DNA of 64,000 nt, taken from sequence record NC_062581.1; one strand, given 5' to 3'. The notes beneath the pieces are model-generated. The model saw nothing but the letters and a program-made list of their open reading frames with translations. It ran no database searches and was not told the DNA's origin. Position 1 is the first letter of the stretch; the number at the start of each line of letters is the position of its first letter. The translations under genes and the position numbers were made by a program. Shown here piece by piece: positions 38,858 through 46,853 of the stretch.

Positions 38858-39433
38858 ATGGAAAAGCAACTGATTGTACGTAACACTGCAGCTTGGCGAA
38901 TTTGGAACTTACGGTTTCATGTACAGATCCCAACGCTAGCGCAATACTCGGCAGAATACTTGCGTAAAAACCATGTTAACATTTCGGGTGATAAACAACT
39001 GGATAAACTTCGGTTGAATCAACTGGTGGATGTTAAACAAACTTGCGCTGGTTTAGCAATGATTATTGCAGAGGGTCATTCGTTCGCTATCTTGAATCGT
39101 TGGGACTGTGTACAAATGTACAGTGACATTCAAGAGCACTTCCGTAATTGGTTGGATATGACCTATGGTGGTTATCCATCAGAAGCATTCCCTCCTATTG
39201 AAGATCTAAGGCTATTAGAAACAGTAGCCTTAGAGATGCACTCGGAAGCACAGCGATTGTCCCCTAAGGACCGTGAGCACGCCTCACGTATCTTTGACGG
39301 TATTGCTCGAATGAACCGTCGCCGTAACTTAGCTGCTTCGGATAAACAAGCCAGAGAACGCATGCAGTCAGGTGGTCAGTTGCGTCCATATAACTCCATG
39401 GTTGACCAATTAGAAAAATATATCCTGGGGTGA
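38858..39433 (+). CDS. Conserved hypothetical protein
   Basis: 191 aa in the structural block. Confidence 0.7.
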   Translation: MEKQLIVRNTAAWRIWNLRFHVQIPTLAQYSAEYLRKNHVNISGDKQLDKLRLNQLVDVKQTCAGLAMIIAEGHSFAILNRWDCVQMYSDIQEHFRNWLDMTYGGYPSEAFPPIEDLRLLETVALEMHSEAQRLSPKDREHASRIFDGIARMNRRRNLAASDKQARERMQSGGQLRPYNSMVDQLEKYILG

Positions 39434-39437
39434 TTAA

Positions 39438-40835
39438 ATGGCTGTTGACAATACGCTACTCATGCGAGAAGTGGATGACATTCGAGATAACGGTGAAGGT
39501 AACTCTGGTTGGCGAATTGATTGCCAACTAATTGTCAATGAGACTACTTGGATAAAACCATTCAAAGTTGAATACGAAGCTCTTACTCGCGACTATGCTT
39601 CCAAAGAACAATTCTCAGATCGCCGTATGATTCAGTTTACAATGAACCAGGGTGATTTCCAGTACGATGTTATTCCTAATCGGGATAACTTAAGTATTGA
39701 AGTTGTTTACATTCCTTTGAAGTATAATTCGTCTGCTCCTGATACAACACGAAAATCTGAAGTAAAAAGATATCGTGCAGTATTGATGACTCAATTCAAT
39801 AACACTGTTACCAACAAGAACTCACAAACCAGTTCCCGAGAAGCATTAAATCAATTGACCCAAATGTCTTTGGCTTTTCAGTTGATTGATGAAGCTGCTT
39901 TTCGTATCAACATGATGTCTTATGGTAACGGCTTGCGTCAAGTCACACCTATGATGGCCATCCAAGAAGTATTAGCTTCTACAATGGGTGATGTTGGTAC
40001 TCAGGATACCAAACGAGTTAAAGGTATGGATGTCCAAGATGGATTCAATACCGAGATTCGAACGGTTATGGATTTCCCAGATGGCATTATGCTCAAGGAT
40101 GTTCCCCACTACATTCACGAAGAAGAAGGTGGTGTTTATCCAACAGGCTTTGGTCGTTATCTACAAGACCAACATTGGTACGTGTATCCGTTGTACGATT
40201 CTACCCGTTACAAAAAGAACATGAAGATTCTTAAATTGATTAACGTTCCTAACGATCGTTATCAAGGGGCAGAACGAACTTACAAAGTGGATGCACAACA
40301 CGTAACTGTGTTAGCTACAGGTGATGCTAGTTCTTTGGATAATGGTTTAGCCGATAACCTGAAGCAAGGTAACGGCTTGCGCTTTGGTGATGTCACTAAG
40401 CTCCTTGGGGACTTCGGTAAGGCAAAAGACAACAGAACCTTAGTCGATCGTGCTTCTAACTTGTTCGAGGTCTCTACGGGCCTCTTAGAGTCTGGCTTTA
40501 ACAACGTACGCTGGGCGTATGATCGAGCTACCTCTAATCCATTTAAGCATTATTCGGAAATGGCTAAACGCCGTGGAATGTTTCTAAAGCTTCAGTGGTA
40601 TCACGGAGATTCTGATCTACTGTATCCGGGCATGCCTGTCAAATTCATGACTATCAATGATAACTCCGTAGAAACATACAACGGAGTATTATTAGGTGTA
40701 GATGAACAGCGATCACAAGGCGATTCCAATGTGGAGGTAACTTCACATGTCGGCATTGTAACCCTCGGTGTATTCATTAACCGTAAAGAAGGTGATCCGG
40801 TCATTGTTGATCCAGATGCACCAGTCACCAACTAA
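39438..40835 (+). CDS. Virion structural protein, possibly baseplate hub-like (phiKZ gp101-like)
   Basis: 465 aa; C-terminal W..GDSDLLYPGMPVKF beta-barrel-like segment; hub assignment is inference. Confidence 0.62.
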   Translation: MAVDNTLLMREVDDIRDNGEGNSGWRIDCQLIVNETTWIKPFKVEYEALTRDYASKEQFSDRRMIQFTMNQGDFQYDVIPNRDNLSIEVVYIPLKYNSSAPDTTRKSEVKRYRAVLMTQFNNTVTNKNSQTSSREALNQLTQMSLAFQLIDEAAFRINMMSYGNGLRQVTPMMAIQEVLASTMGDVGTQDTKRVKGMDVQDGFNTEIRTVMDFPDGIMLKDVPHYIHEEEGGVYPTGFGRYLQDQHWYVYPLYDSTRYKKNMKILKLINVPNDRYQGAERTYKVDAQHVTVLATGDASSLDNGLADNLKQGNGLRFGDVTKLLGDFGKAKDNRTLVDRASNLFEVSTGLLESGFNNVRWAYDRATSNPFKHYSEMAKRRGMFLKLQWYHGDSDLLYPGMPVKFMTINDNSVETYNGVLLGVDEQRSQGDSNVEVTSHVGIVTLGVFINRKEGDPVIVDPDAPVTN

Positions 40836-40838
40836 CAA

Positions 40839-40871
40839 CATAAATCCCTCCCTGATTGGGGAGGGATTATG
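40839..40871 (+). terminator. Hairpin whose 3' arm holds the next gene's SD
   Basis: AATCCCTCCC-TGATTG-GGGAGGGATT, ATG at 40869. Confidence 0.65.
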
Positions 40872-41252
40872 ACAGGTAAGCAAATGCCGGGTATTAATCA
40901 TTTTGTACGTGTAGAACAAGTCTGGTCCTATAATCTCATTGGGGGCCTTAAAGAAAGCATGACTATGGATGTTAAATCACTTAATGACATCTATGGTAAG
41001 ACAGCTACTTATTTGTTAGCCCGTCATAACTTTCATCTGTCTAATGACAACGTTCAATACAATGGATTTATTAATCAACTTAGAGAACATATGGATCAGT
41101 ATTCTCCAGGCTTTAATTATTTCTTCCATTACTTTGAAAACTTATTTCGAATCATTTCACCAGCATTAGCACAGATACAGTTACCCATCATTAAGTGTAC
41201 AACTATCACTACGGACTTAGGTGATATTGAAGGGTTTGTTTTTGAAACATGA
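40869..41252 (+). CDS. Hypothetical protein
   Basis: 127-aa ORF; stop abuts an early promoter. Confidence 0.55.
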   Translation: MTGKQMPGINHFVRVEQVWSYNLIGGLKESMTMDVKSLNDIYGKTATYLLARHNFHLSNDNVQYNGFINQLREHMDQYSPGFNYFFHYFENLFRIISPALAQIQLPIIKCTTITTDLGDIEGFVFET

Positions 41253-41286
41253 TTTAAACCATTTAAAAGCCTATATTACAATAGTG
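41253..41286 (+). promoter_or_regulatory. Early promoter
   Basis: TTTAAA 41253, TATATTAC 41272-41279, GTG 4 nt later. Confidence 0.85.
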
Positions 41287-41313
41287 AATCTAAGCATTTA
41301 AAAGGATTGAATT

Positions 41314-41481
41314 ATGAATAAGAATATTGATGAATCGGTAAATGAACATTATCGTGGAATGGCCGATGGTTCTAAACCGGTTCCAGTTTCATTTGATATC
41401 CCCTGGATCACACCTCGCCGACTGGGTTTACTCTTCGGAGTAAGCCTCGTTATGACCGTTATGTTCAACGGTGTAATTTGA
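41314..41481 (+). CDS. 55-aa protein with C-terminal TM
   Basis: AAGGA SD; MNKNIDESVNEH...RRLGLLFGVSLVMTVMFNGVI. Confidence 0.6.
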   Translation: MNKNIDESVNEHYRGMADGSKPVPVSFDIPWITPRRLGLLFGVSLVMTVMFNGVI

Positions 41482-41489
41482 TTCATTGA

Positions 41490-41523
41490 TTTAAAACATT
41501 TAGAACGCTATATTACAAACGTG
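41490..41523 (+). promoter_or_regulatory. Early promoter
   Basis: TTTAAA 41490, TATATTAC 41509-41516. Confidence 0.85.
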
Positions 41524-41554
41524 TATATAGCCAAATAAACCTTAGGAATTTCCC

Positions 41555-41677
41555 ATGAAAGAGTTTGCCAAAGCCGTAGCCTGCACTGTAGTTGTTGCGG
41601 TTTCTGCACACTACTTGACCCAAGTGATTGTCAAGAACATTGACAAGCAAATGGACAAACGCAAAAAACCCAAATAG
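41555..41677 (+). CDS. 40-aa signal-anchor microprotein
   Basis: TAGGA SD; MKEFAKAVACTVVVAVSAHYLTQVIVKNIDKQMDKRKKPK. Confidence 0.6.
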   Translation: MKEFAKAVACTVVVAVSAHYLTQVIVKNIDKQMDKRKKPK

Positions 41678-41693
41678 TAGAAGGAGTTACACC

Positions 41694-41999
41694 ATGAATA
41701 AATTTGCACTCGGCATGATTGTTGGTGTGGTAGGCCTTGTCGGCGTAATGGCTGTTAAGGTGGCCCGTGTTTCACTGCGTCACGAAGAAGCAGTCATCCA
41801 GTTCGATAAAGCGTTCACAGCCCTGAAACATAAAAGGGCTATCAACAAAATAACGCTCGAAGAAGCGATTGCCGAGTATGAGCTCATTCATGCGAAAGCA
41901 GTGGACAGTTGTATGGAACACACGTTGGATGGCAAGAAAACCCATAAGTGGCTGAAACGCATGCATGGGCTTAACATTGCAATATTGACTAACATTTAA
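41694..41999 (+). CDS. N-terminal TM plus helical domain protein
   Basis: AAGGAG SD before MNKFALG. Confidence 0.7.
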   Translation: MNKFALGMIVGVVGLVGVMAVKVARVSLRHEEAVIQFDKAFTALKHKRAINKITLEEAIAEYELIHAKAVDSCMEHTLDGKKTHKWLKRMHGLNIAILTNI

Positions 42000-42008
42000 G
42001 GGTACCCC

Positions 42009-42386
42009 ATGGATTACGTTTTCATCGCTGTGCTGCTTGTAGTCATTATGCTTTTAGCGAAGCGGACTTTCAAAAGCAACAACCGCCGTTTCATTGAAGC
42101 TAATATTGAACGTGAGGTAACAGAGCATGTTCAAAGGCTCGTCCGAAGTACGCCGGAGTTCTTTGATCAAACCAAGCCCTATAGTCAACTTGATTCAAGG
42201 CTTGAATTTGAGTTTAAGTACTTACCGTTGTACCGTGCAGCATTTAAGCGACGGGGTGTAATCTTAATGGAAGCACCTTTGAAAACCCAACTGCATGGCT
42301 ATAGCCACATGTTGCGCTATGGTCGTAATACGATCCCAGTTAAAAACTTTGTGGACATCACTGCGATTTCCACTGTAGTTGTTTGA
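42009..42386 (+). CDS. N-terminal TM protein
   Basis: MDYVFIAVLLVVIMLLAKR; 125 aa. Confidence 0.7.
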   Translation: MDYVFIAVLLVVIMLLAKRTFKSNNRRFIEANIEREVTEHVQRLVRSTPEFFDQTKPYSQLDSRLEFEFKYLPLYRAAFKRRGVILMEAPLKTQLHGYSHMLRYGRNTIPVKNFVDITAISTVVV

Positions 42387-42387
42387 A

Positions 42388-42421
42388 TTGAAAGCAAACT
42401 GAGGTCTATATTACGTCTGTG
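42388..42421 (+). promoter_or_regulatory. Early promoter
   Basis: TTGAAA 42388, TATATTAC 42407-42414. Confidence 0.75.
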
Positions 42422-42456
42422 CAAGAAACCCTTGTTCACCCATTAGGGAGAATCAC

Positions 42457-42642
42457 ATGGACGAAATAAAGGTCGCTGCGATGGTCCTTATCGGTGGTGT
42501 ACACTTTGTGGAAGTATCTCGACAGTTTGATAAGCCTCAAGAACATCGAGACGTTCCTCAAATGCTAACCAGTGGTGCAATTGTAACACTTTGCGCTGTG
42601 GGTATTGCAACCATCGTAAAACGGCAAGTCACTGATCGTTAG
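42457..42642 (+). CDS. 61-aa membrane microprotein, paralogue of 42652-42825
   Basis: GGGAG SD; two hydrophobic stretches around a KP loop. Confidence 0.65.
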   Translation: MDEIKVAAMVLIGGVHFVEVSRQFDKPQEHRDVPQMLTSGAIVTLCAVGIATIVKRQVTDR

Positions 42643-42651
42643 GAGAGAACT

Positions 42652-42825
42652 ATGTTCAATACCATTCGTATCGCTGCACTCGGCGTCATCGGTATAGCGC
42701 ATCTGGGTGCGATCGGTCACGAACTTAACAAACCCGAAAGGGATCGTCGTTCTGGACAAGTTGTCACCTCTACAGTAGTTGTCGGCCTTTGTGCTGCAGG
42801 TATCTATTACTGCACTCGTAAGTAA
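42652..42825 (+). CDS. 57-aa membrane microprotein
   Basis: AGGAG SD; MFNTIRIAALGVIGIAHLGAIGHELNKPERDRRSGQVVTSTVVVGLCAAGIYYCTRK. Confidence 0.65.
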   Translation: MFNTIRIAALGVIGIAHLGAIGHELNKPERDRRSGQVVTSTVVVGLCAAGIYYCTRK

Positions 42826-42865
42826 TCGCAACTAAACATTAACTTTAGATTAAGGAGTATCGAAC

Positions 42866-42979
42866 ATGCAGGCATTGGTAGTTAGCTTGGCAACTCGTAT
42901 TGTGTATGCCACTGCGGCTGGCGTGATCACGCACTATGTTGTTAAAGCTGTCTGTAAAGACAGTTCCAAACTGCGGTAG
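42866..42979 (+). CDS. 37-aa hydrophobic microprotein
   Basis: TAAGGAG SD; MQALVVSLATRIVYATAAGVITHYVVKAVCKDSSKLR. Confidence 0.6.
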   Translation: MQALVVSLATRIVYATAAGVITHYVVKAVCKDSSKLR

Positions 42980-43065
42980 TAACGCAGGCGAGTCTGTGGT
43001 TGTCGTGATCATAGACTCGGTCCATTCTGAACGATTCCTTATTTCTTTTTATCAGGTGTAAAGAC

Positions 43066-43236
43066 ATGACTTTCAAAGGTCTCTTTTCAAGCGATCCGAA
43101 GAACGCGATGTCTCAGAAGGATATCGAGCTCAACACATCGCGTATCAAGTTGTTAACGGCAGTAGGTGGTATGGCTACAATGTTTCTGGGCATGGCACTG
43201 ACATCTGTCAAGCTGGCAAATGAGTTGAAAAAATAA
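43066..43236 (+). CDS. 56-aa protein with C-terminal hydrophobic helix
   Basis: AGGT SD; MTFKGLFSSDPK...LLTAVGGMATMFLGMALTSVKLANELKK. Confidence 0.6.
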   Translation: MTFKGLFSSDPKNAMSQKDIELNTSRIKLLTAVGGMATMFLGMALTSVKLANELKK

Positions 43237-43303
43237 TCAACTCAATCTAATGAGGGGAGTCTTGCGGACTCCTCCATTAATTAATTTCATGGGAGCCAGA
43301 ATC

Positions 43304-43780
43304 ATGGCTGAATTCATTATCGGTAAAGATATCTTTAATACACCCGGAGATCTTTACTTTATTACCGTAAACACAATTGGTGTGATGGGTGCAGGTGTTG
43401 CTAAAGCATTTGCAGAACGTCATCCTGATCTGTTTAAAAAATACAAGCACGATTGTAAAATGAAATCCATTACAATCGGACATCCTGCACTTTATGAAGG
43501 TACGGATGGCAAACGTTACTTGATGTTCCCCACTAAAGAAAATTGGCGGAATCCATCAACTTACGAATACGTCGCTATGGGCCTAAAATGGTTAGAAGAC
43601 AACATTGGCGAAGAAGAAGATCAAATTGATCCTAAGTGGACTTTGGTTGTACCACCCCTAGGTTGTGGACATGGTGGATTAGACTTTGACATTGTTTCTG
43701 AAATGATTGAAGAATCGTCGTTAAAGATTCCTAACAAGATGGTAGTTGTTTATCCACCTTGGATGGCAAACCAACAGTGA
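43304..43780 (+). CDS. Macrodomain ADP-ribosylhydrolase (DarG/TARG1-like)
   Basis: VNTIGVMGAGVAKAF, FPTKENWR, LGCGHGGL motifs; GGGAG SD. Confidence 0.88.
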   Translation: MAEFIIGKDIFNTPGDLYFITVNTIGVMGAGVAKAFAERHPDLFKKYKHDCKMKSITIGHPALYEGTDGKRYLMFPTKENWRNPSTYEYVAMGLKWLEDNIGEEEDQIDPKWTLVVPPLGCGHGGLDFDIVSEMIEESSLKIPNKMVVVYPPWMANQQ

Positions 43781-43783
43781 TAT

Positions 43784-43820
43784 GCCATAAGTGCTTCCCT
43801 GAGGGGAAGCCTTTATGCCG
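43784..43820 (+). terminator. Hairpin, conserved-flank family
   Basis: GCTTCCC-TGAG-GGGAAGC-CTTTATGCCG. Confidence 0.75.
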
Positions 43821-43829
43821 TGCCATTGA

Positions 43830-43863
43830 TTGAAAAGAATTAAACCCCTATATTACAAACGTG
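43830..43863 (+). promoter_or_regulatory. Early promoter
   Basis: TTGAAA 43830, TATATTAC 43849-43856. Confidence 0.85.
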
Positions 43864-43890
43864 TACATACAGACAAATTAAGGATTGATC

Positions 43891-44226
43891 ATGACTCAAA
43901 CAACTATCCACCCTATCCGTTCTTTCATCGAATACATCACCGATGCTGAATCCGTATGGGACCCAACCCGTTACATTCAGGGCCGTCGTCTGAGTGATAG
44001 CAACGCTGAATTCGAATACATGCTTACGTATTCGTATCTGCTGGGTGGTGCTTACATGACCGGTACTTTTGGTAAAGAAGGTATCACTGTTGAACTGTGG
44101 TTCCGTGACACCCAAGGTTTCCAAATTGCTGTTTCTCTGGACGGCAAAGAACTCGATCGTTTCAGCTACCCACCGCACGCCACTGAAGAAGTCATCCAAC
44201 GTCTGGAACATCTGGCTTCTGCTTAA
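43891..44226 (+). CDS. Hypothetical early protein
   Basis: TAAGGA SD; strongly biased codon use. Confidence 0.72.
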   Translation: MTQTTIHPIRSFIEYITDAESVWDPTRYIQGRRLSDSNAEFEYMLTYSYLLGGAYMTGTFGKEGITVELWFRDTQGFQIAVSLDGKELDRFSYPPHATEEVIQRLEHLASA

Positions 44227-44257
44227 CCGACAATTCCCCACATTAAGAGTAAACATC

Positions 44258-44533
44258 ATGCGCACTTTTCTTCTTGTTACTGCTGGTCTGGTTGTATCCG
44301 CGGTAGCAACATCCTGGAACCAGTCTCGTTTGAATCGTAATGATTACATGCGTGACATCCCAAAAGAAATTGAAAGCGAAATGCAAAACTACACTTTCAA
44401 GCCTTCTTTTGAAGAGCTGAAAGAAGACCTGTCGCATTTTGAACACTGGGCGCGTCTCTGCATTATGCATGATTCGCACCGTGAAGAGTTCATCGAAGAG
44501 CTCAATAAACAAATCCGCATGGCAACTCGCTAA
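44258..44533 (+). CDS. N-terminal TM protein
   Basis: MRTFLLVTAGLVVSAVATSW... Confidence 0.68.
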   Translation: MRTFLLVTAGLVVSAVATSWNQSRLNRNDYMRDIPKEIESEMQNYTFKPSFEELKEDLSHFEHWARLCIMHDSHREEFIEELNKQIRMATR

Positions 44534-44546
44534 GTAAGGAATCATC

Positions 44547-44987
44547 ATGACGCAGTCTAAACAACACACCTCTGCTGAACTGGCTACTTTCCGTGCACAC
44601 CTGTCCCATCAGGTTATGCAAGCAGCATTTACTTTTGGTCCTCGTTCTCCGATGGCCCAACAAGTAACCCGTGGACATCAGATCTACAAGATCGATTGTG
44701 CCGTGGAAGCAGATCGCATGACCTATACTTTCATCTACGATGAAGCAGGTGGTGTTGTGAAGGCTGTTGAAGAAGTGTATCCTACGGCAGACGATGCTGT
44801 TCAGAAATATGTTTGCCAACGTTTCAATGTAATGCTCTTTGGCCAAAGCGTTGAAGAACATGCATCCGTTACAATCGACGGTATCGAAGTGGATGACCAT
44901 TTCGAAAAACTGTTGGACGACGGTGTGATTCGTAACTTCTTTCGTGAGACGGTCGTCCGCGATCGTACCGAAAAAACCATTAACTAA
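44547..44987 (+). CDS. Hypothetical early protein
   Basis: TAAGGA SD; 146 aa. Confidence 0.72.
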   Translation: MTQSKQHTSAELATFRAHLSHQVMQAAFTFGPRSPMAQQVTRGHQIYKIDCAVEADRMTYTFIYDEAGGVVKAVEEVYPTADDAVQKYVCQRFNVMLFGQSVEEHASVTIDGIEVDDHFEKLLDDGVIRNFFRETVVRDRTEKTIN

Positions 44988-45247
44988 TGGACACAAAAGT
45001 GATAAACAAATTGCATGCTAGTGAACGTGCATTCGATGTGGATGCAATCATCAAGTCAGCTGAAGAACAGCAGTTTTACGAAGCTCGCAATCCACCGAAT
45101 CTTTCTAACAAGGATCGCAAAAACCTGGCGGTATTGAGACACAATGAAAATTATGTTGCGCAAAAAGAAAGCTCCGCTGAGCGAGTGATGCGCGATGTAA
45201 AAGAATACCGTGAGTTGATTAACAACGAACTACCGTTAGCTAAATAA
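44987..45247 (+). CDS. Hypothetical early protein
   Basis: TAATG coupling. Confidence 0.65.
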   Translation: MDTKVINKLHASERAFDVDAIIKSAEEQQFYEARNPPNLSNKDRKNLAVLRHNENYVAQKESSAERVMRDVKEYRELINNELPLAK

Positions 45248-45250
45248 GAC

Positions 45251-45271
45251 ATGGGGGATTCGATCCCCCAT
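45251..45271 (+). terminator. Perfect hairpin after 44987-45247
   Basis: ATGGGGGA-TTCGA-TCCCCCAT; no U-tract. Confidence 0.5.
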
Positions 45272-45337
45272 AGTCCATCTGCAAGATATCATATCGATGC
45301 TTTGCAAATGCACTATACCCCACATTAAGGATTCAAC

Positions 45338-45508
45338 ATGAAAGGCGTAATCTTCTTCCTGGTTGGCGTTGCTGTTAGTTCTGTCTCGTTGTCGAACTTG
45401 GTCACTATGGCTGATGATCGCCGGGCTGTACAAGTTGTAGCTAAGCAAGAAATCGTAATTGGTCATCGCATTGGTTCTTTGGGCCAAGAAATCCTGGTGA
45501 CCAAATGA
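45338..45508 (+). CDS. 56-aa signal-peptide/TM microprotein
   Basis: TAAGGA SD; MKGVIFFLVGVAVSSVSLSNLV... Confidence 0.62.
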   Translation: MKGVIFFLVGVAVSSVSLSNLVTMADDRRAVQVVAKQEIVIGHRIGSLGQEILVTK

Positions 45509-45828
45509 AAGAGTTAATCGATATCGTTGCATTGATTGCCCCATTTGTTTTGGCTTTCATTGTAACGTTCTTCGAGGCATTTGTTAAATCGTTCCAATCC
45601 CGTAATATTGCCCAAGGTCATGAGTGGGTAGCGGCAGGTACTTCGGTATTAGTCACTACTACCATTTTTGCAACCTTTGGGTTATTTTTGCATTCGGGTT
45701 GGATAGTATTTGTACCTTCTGCTTTAGGGGGTGCAATGGGTACGTTCTTTTCTATACGCACCCACAAGAAATTGTTTAAAGGCATAAAGCCCCCTACCCC
45801 CAATTTAAGCGAAGGAATAAAAATATGA
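45505..45828 (+). CDS. Small multi-pass membrane protein
   Basis: Three hydrophobic segments; VKSFQSRN, AAGTS, LGGAMG; ATGA coupling. Confidence 0.7.
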   Translation: MKELIDIVALIAPFVLAFIVTFFEAFVKSFQSRNIAQGHEWVAAGTSVLVTTTIFATFGLFLHSGWIVFVPSALGGAMGTFFSIRTHKKLFKGIKPPTPNLSEGIKI

Positions 45829-46028
45829 ACGCTCTTAAATATCTGGCACTCGGTGCAGCTGCTGGTGCAATCATGGGTACTGGTATCAGCCTGGTTCGTG
45901 AAGGTGTACGTGTGACCGTCAATGGTCGTGAGGTTGACAAACTGGTTGTTACCGGTGTCGGTGTAGGCATGACCACCGTCGGCTTCTGTGTTGCATTGCA
46001 GACGATTGTATCCGCCCTCAAAAAGTGA
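45825..46028 (+). CDS. Gly-rich two-helix membrane microprotein
   Basis: AAGGA SD; GxxxG-rich helices. Confidence 0.68.
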   Translation: MNALKYLALGAAAGAIMGTGISLVREGVRVTVNGREVDKLVVTGVGVGMTTVGFCVALQTIVSALKK

Positions 46029-46062
46029 TTTAAAACATTTAAAAGGCTATATTACAATCGTG
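46029..46062 (+). promoter_or_regulatory. Early promoter
   Basis: TTTAAA 46029, TATATTAC 46048-46055. Confidence 0.85.
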
Positions 46063-46092
46063 TCAATAACCCATTAACTCAAGGAGTGTCTA

Positions 46093-46290
46093 ATGTCTTT
46101 GGCAACTAGATTAATTTCCGCAGCAGGTTCGGGTGCAACGATTGCTTCTGGTTTGGTATTTGCCAACATGGGAATTCAAAGCAAGAAGTATAGTCGCACT
46201 AAAGACCTGGCTAACAATCTGTTAATTGGTGGTGGTGCTGTTATCACCGTAATCGGCGTGGCTAACATGGTCAACGCTTTTCGCAACTAA
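46093..46290 (+). CDS. Gly/Ala-rich two-helix membrane microprotein
   Basis: AAGGAG SD. Confidence 0.68.
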   Translation: MSLATRLISAAGSGATIASGLVFANMGIQSKKYSRTKDLANNLLIGGGAVITVIGVANMVNAFRN

Positions 46291-46317
46291 TTTCTGAAAA
46301 CATTAAGGTTAACAATC

Positions 46318-46440
46318 ATGGGTACTTTCGGTAAGATTATTGTTCTGGCAATTGTAATGGGTGCGGTTGAACAAGTTGTCCTTTCCATTTCGGATAGCTA
46401 TCGCCCCAACCCTAAAAAAGATGAAAAAGGTCAGAAGTAA
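46318..46440 (+). CDS. 40-aa signal-anchor microprotein
   Basis: TAAGGT SD; MGTFGKIIVLAIVMGAVEQVVLSISDSYRPNPKKDEKGQK. Confidence 0.6.
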   Translation: MGTFGKIIVLAIVMGAVEQVVLSISDSYRPNPKKDEKGQK

Positions 46441-46482
46441 TTCTGCCGTTCCAAACCTCTTAATTCAACAGTGAGTATCACC

Positions 46483-46614
46483 ATGATTGTTAAAGCTTTC
46501 TCTGAAATGGGCACCTTTGGTAAAATTGTTGCTATTGCAATAGTCATTGGTACCACTCGGCAATGTGTTAAACATGTTGCCCAAACCGTTCGCATGAACA
46601 AAGCTGCAAAGTAA
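46483..46614 (+). CDS. 43-aa microprotein, paralogue of 46318-46440
   Basis: MIVKAFSEMGTFGKIVAIAIVIGTTRQCVKHVAQTVRMNKAAK. Confidence 0.6.
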   Translation: MIVKAFSEMGTFGKIVAIAIVIGTTRQCVKHVAQTVRMNKAAK

Positions 46615-46673
46615 AATAACCCCCCTCGGTCTCTAAGAGGCCAAACCTCAAAAGCGAAAGAAGGAATAACACC

Positions 46674-46850
46674 ATGTTCAATACTGTCCTCCGTGTTGCT
46701 GCTGTTGCTGGTCTGTGCTACATCTCTTTCCAGGTTGGCCGTAACTGGAATGAAATTGCTGCTGATGCAGCTGAAGTAGTTGCCAGCACCGCTGATCCAC
46801 AAGTTCCTACTGGTCCTGAAACCGGTACCACCATTCCTACTGGGGAGTAA
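46674..46850 (+). CDS. 58-aa signal-anchor microprotein with Pro/Thr tail
   Basis: AAGGA SD; MFNTVLRVAAVAGLCYISFQVG... Confidence 0.62.
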   Translation: MFNTVLRVAAVAGLCYISFQVGRNWNEIAADAAEVVASTADPQVPTGPETGTTIPTGE

Positions 46851-46853
46851 GCT

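Noticed and set aside
45251-45271. GGGGGATTCGATCCCCC resembles a tRNA T-arm
   Set aside because: No acceptor, D or anticodon arms can be formed around it
41253-46062. Repeated promoter motifs as a possible CRISPR-like array
   Set aside because: Spacing is 240-2200 bp, intervals are protein-coding, and no cas genes are present
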